In this document: positions 61,817 through 62,712 of the stretch, piece by piece
Layout of the letters: the number at the start of each line of letters is the position of its first letter
Position numbering within the stretch: the first letter of the stretch is position 1
IMG/VR virus record: IMGVR_UViG_3300032236_000245
Coordinates: 1 to 62,712 of that record
Reading direction: 5' to 3' (one strand)
Length of the DNA stretch: 62,712 nt
DNA from: a virus
Taxonomy: Duplodnaviria; Caudoviricetes
Program-made: the position numbers and the translations under genes
The notes under the pieces: generated by a model
Database searches by the model: none
What the model was told of the DNA's origin: nothing
What the model saw: the letters and a program-made list of their open reading frames with translations, nothing else

Positions 61817-62712
61817 ACTTTAGTCCAGCCTGAAGTTTGTGAGTCATCAACAGGAGTCCATGGTGAACTCTGTGAGTCATCAACCGGTGTCCAACTTGAT
61901 GCTTGTGTATCCACAACTGCTGTCCATGATGGCGTTTGAGAATCTGTAACAGGAACCCAATTTGGCGTCTGTGCGTCAACGACTGAGACCCAACCCGGAG
62001 TCTGGGAGTCGATGACCGATGTCCAAGCACCCGTAGGTGCGACGCTAACCGTTGTCCAATTAGGCGTCTGCGAATCAGTGACGGCAATCCAACTAGGGGT
62101 CTGCGCGTCATTGATCGGGGTCCAGTTAGGCGTTTCGGAATCGTCAATCGGCCCCCAGCTTGGTGTCTGAGCGTCGTCAACTGGATTCCAGATAAGCGTG
62201 ATCTGGACGGATACGGTCCCGATTGTACCAAAACCCGTAACCCCTGTGACAAGTACAATTATTGATGGGGGTGGGGAGACGTAAATCGGATCAAACGTGA
62301 TCCCACGAGGGGCGCGGAACTGCGGGTTCGGCCAGTCCGTCTGCTTGAACGGAGCCGGGATAATCGGGAACCGGACGGTGTAATTGACCCCAACGTCCTG
62401 CTGCGCGGCAAGGCGGGTGACCGGATTGGCCCAGTCGGTCTGCTTGAACGGAGCCAGAACCACCGGGGCGACTTGCCGCAGGGTGTAGTTAGCACCAACG
62501 TCTTGCTGCGCTGCAACACGAGTGACCGGATTGAACAGATCGACCGGACGGAACGGAGCCGCAACAACCGGGGCTACCTGTCGGATCGTGTTGTTCGGCC
62601 CGACTTCGTGTTGCGCGGCAAGGCGAGTGACCGGATTCGGCCAGTCCGTCAGACGGGTCGGCGGACCCACAATTTGCAGAGTTAAGAAATCCGGGGGTAC
62701 CGGTTGAGCCGC
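61813..62712 (-). CDS. 3' part of the junction-spanning ~620-aa repeat protein
   Basis: Continues the PNPVTR repeats, then 11-aa Trp repeats. Confidence 0.88.
   Translation of the reverse strand, partial: AAQPVPPDFLTLQIVGPPTRLTDWPNPVTRLAAQHEVGPNNTIRQVAPVVAAPFRPVDLFNPVTRVAAQQDVGANYTLRQVAPVVLAPFKQTDWANPVTRLAAQQDVGVNYTVRFPIIPAPFKQTDWPNPQFRAPRGITFDPIYVSPPPSIIVLVTGVTGFGTIGTVSVQITLIWNPVDDAQTPSWGPIDDSETPNWTPINDAQTPSWIAVTDSQTPNWTTVSVAPTGAWTSVIDSQTPGWVSVVDAQTPNWVPVTDSQTPSWTAVVDTQASSWTPVDDSQSSPWTPVDDSQTSGWTKV
62647..62712. repeat. Terminal direct repeat, copy 2
   Basis: Identical to 1-66. Confidence 0.97.

Overview
The window looks like a complete, circularly permuted genome (~62.65 kb) of an uncultured short-tailed dsDNA phage (Caudoviricetes). 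Bases 1-66 duplicate the last 66 bases, and one ORF reads in frame across the join. The minus strand carries the virion and lysis genes: terminase, large P22-like portal, GroES, scaffold, major capsid, adaptors, many fibre-like proteins, lysozyme, tail nozzle and internal proteins including a 2284-aa polyvalent protein. The plus strand (22.9-42.6 kb) carries early and replication genes: small early ORFs, a MoxR-AAA/vWA-peptidase module, VRR-NUC, PolA, a Cas4-like nuclease, HNH, SNF2 helicase, SSB-like protein and primase-helicase. I found no integrase, CI-type repressor, RNA polymerase, tRNA, CRISPR array or reverse transcriptase. Sigma70 promoters, IHF and parS sites suggest a proteobacterial host (inference). 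The most unusual part is the early control locus at 22.8-24.4 kb. It holds a leaderless Arg-rich micro-ORF, a ~270-nt candidate structured RNA, a perfect parS palindrome with no phage ParB, a type II hammerhead ribozyme just after a stop codon, a terminator, and a mirror-symmetric array of 13 TGTGTCA repeats with two IHF-like sites. Other oddities are a tandem cassette-like paralog array, an Ig fold apparently split across two genes, a shared [FMY]xxGG motif, and a lipoprotein gene nested in the holin-like gene. All product calls come from motif recognition by eye; no database searches or folding programs were run.
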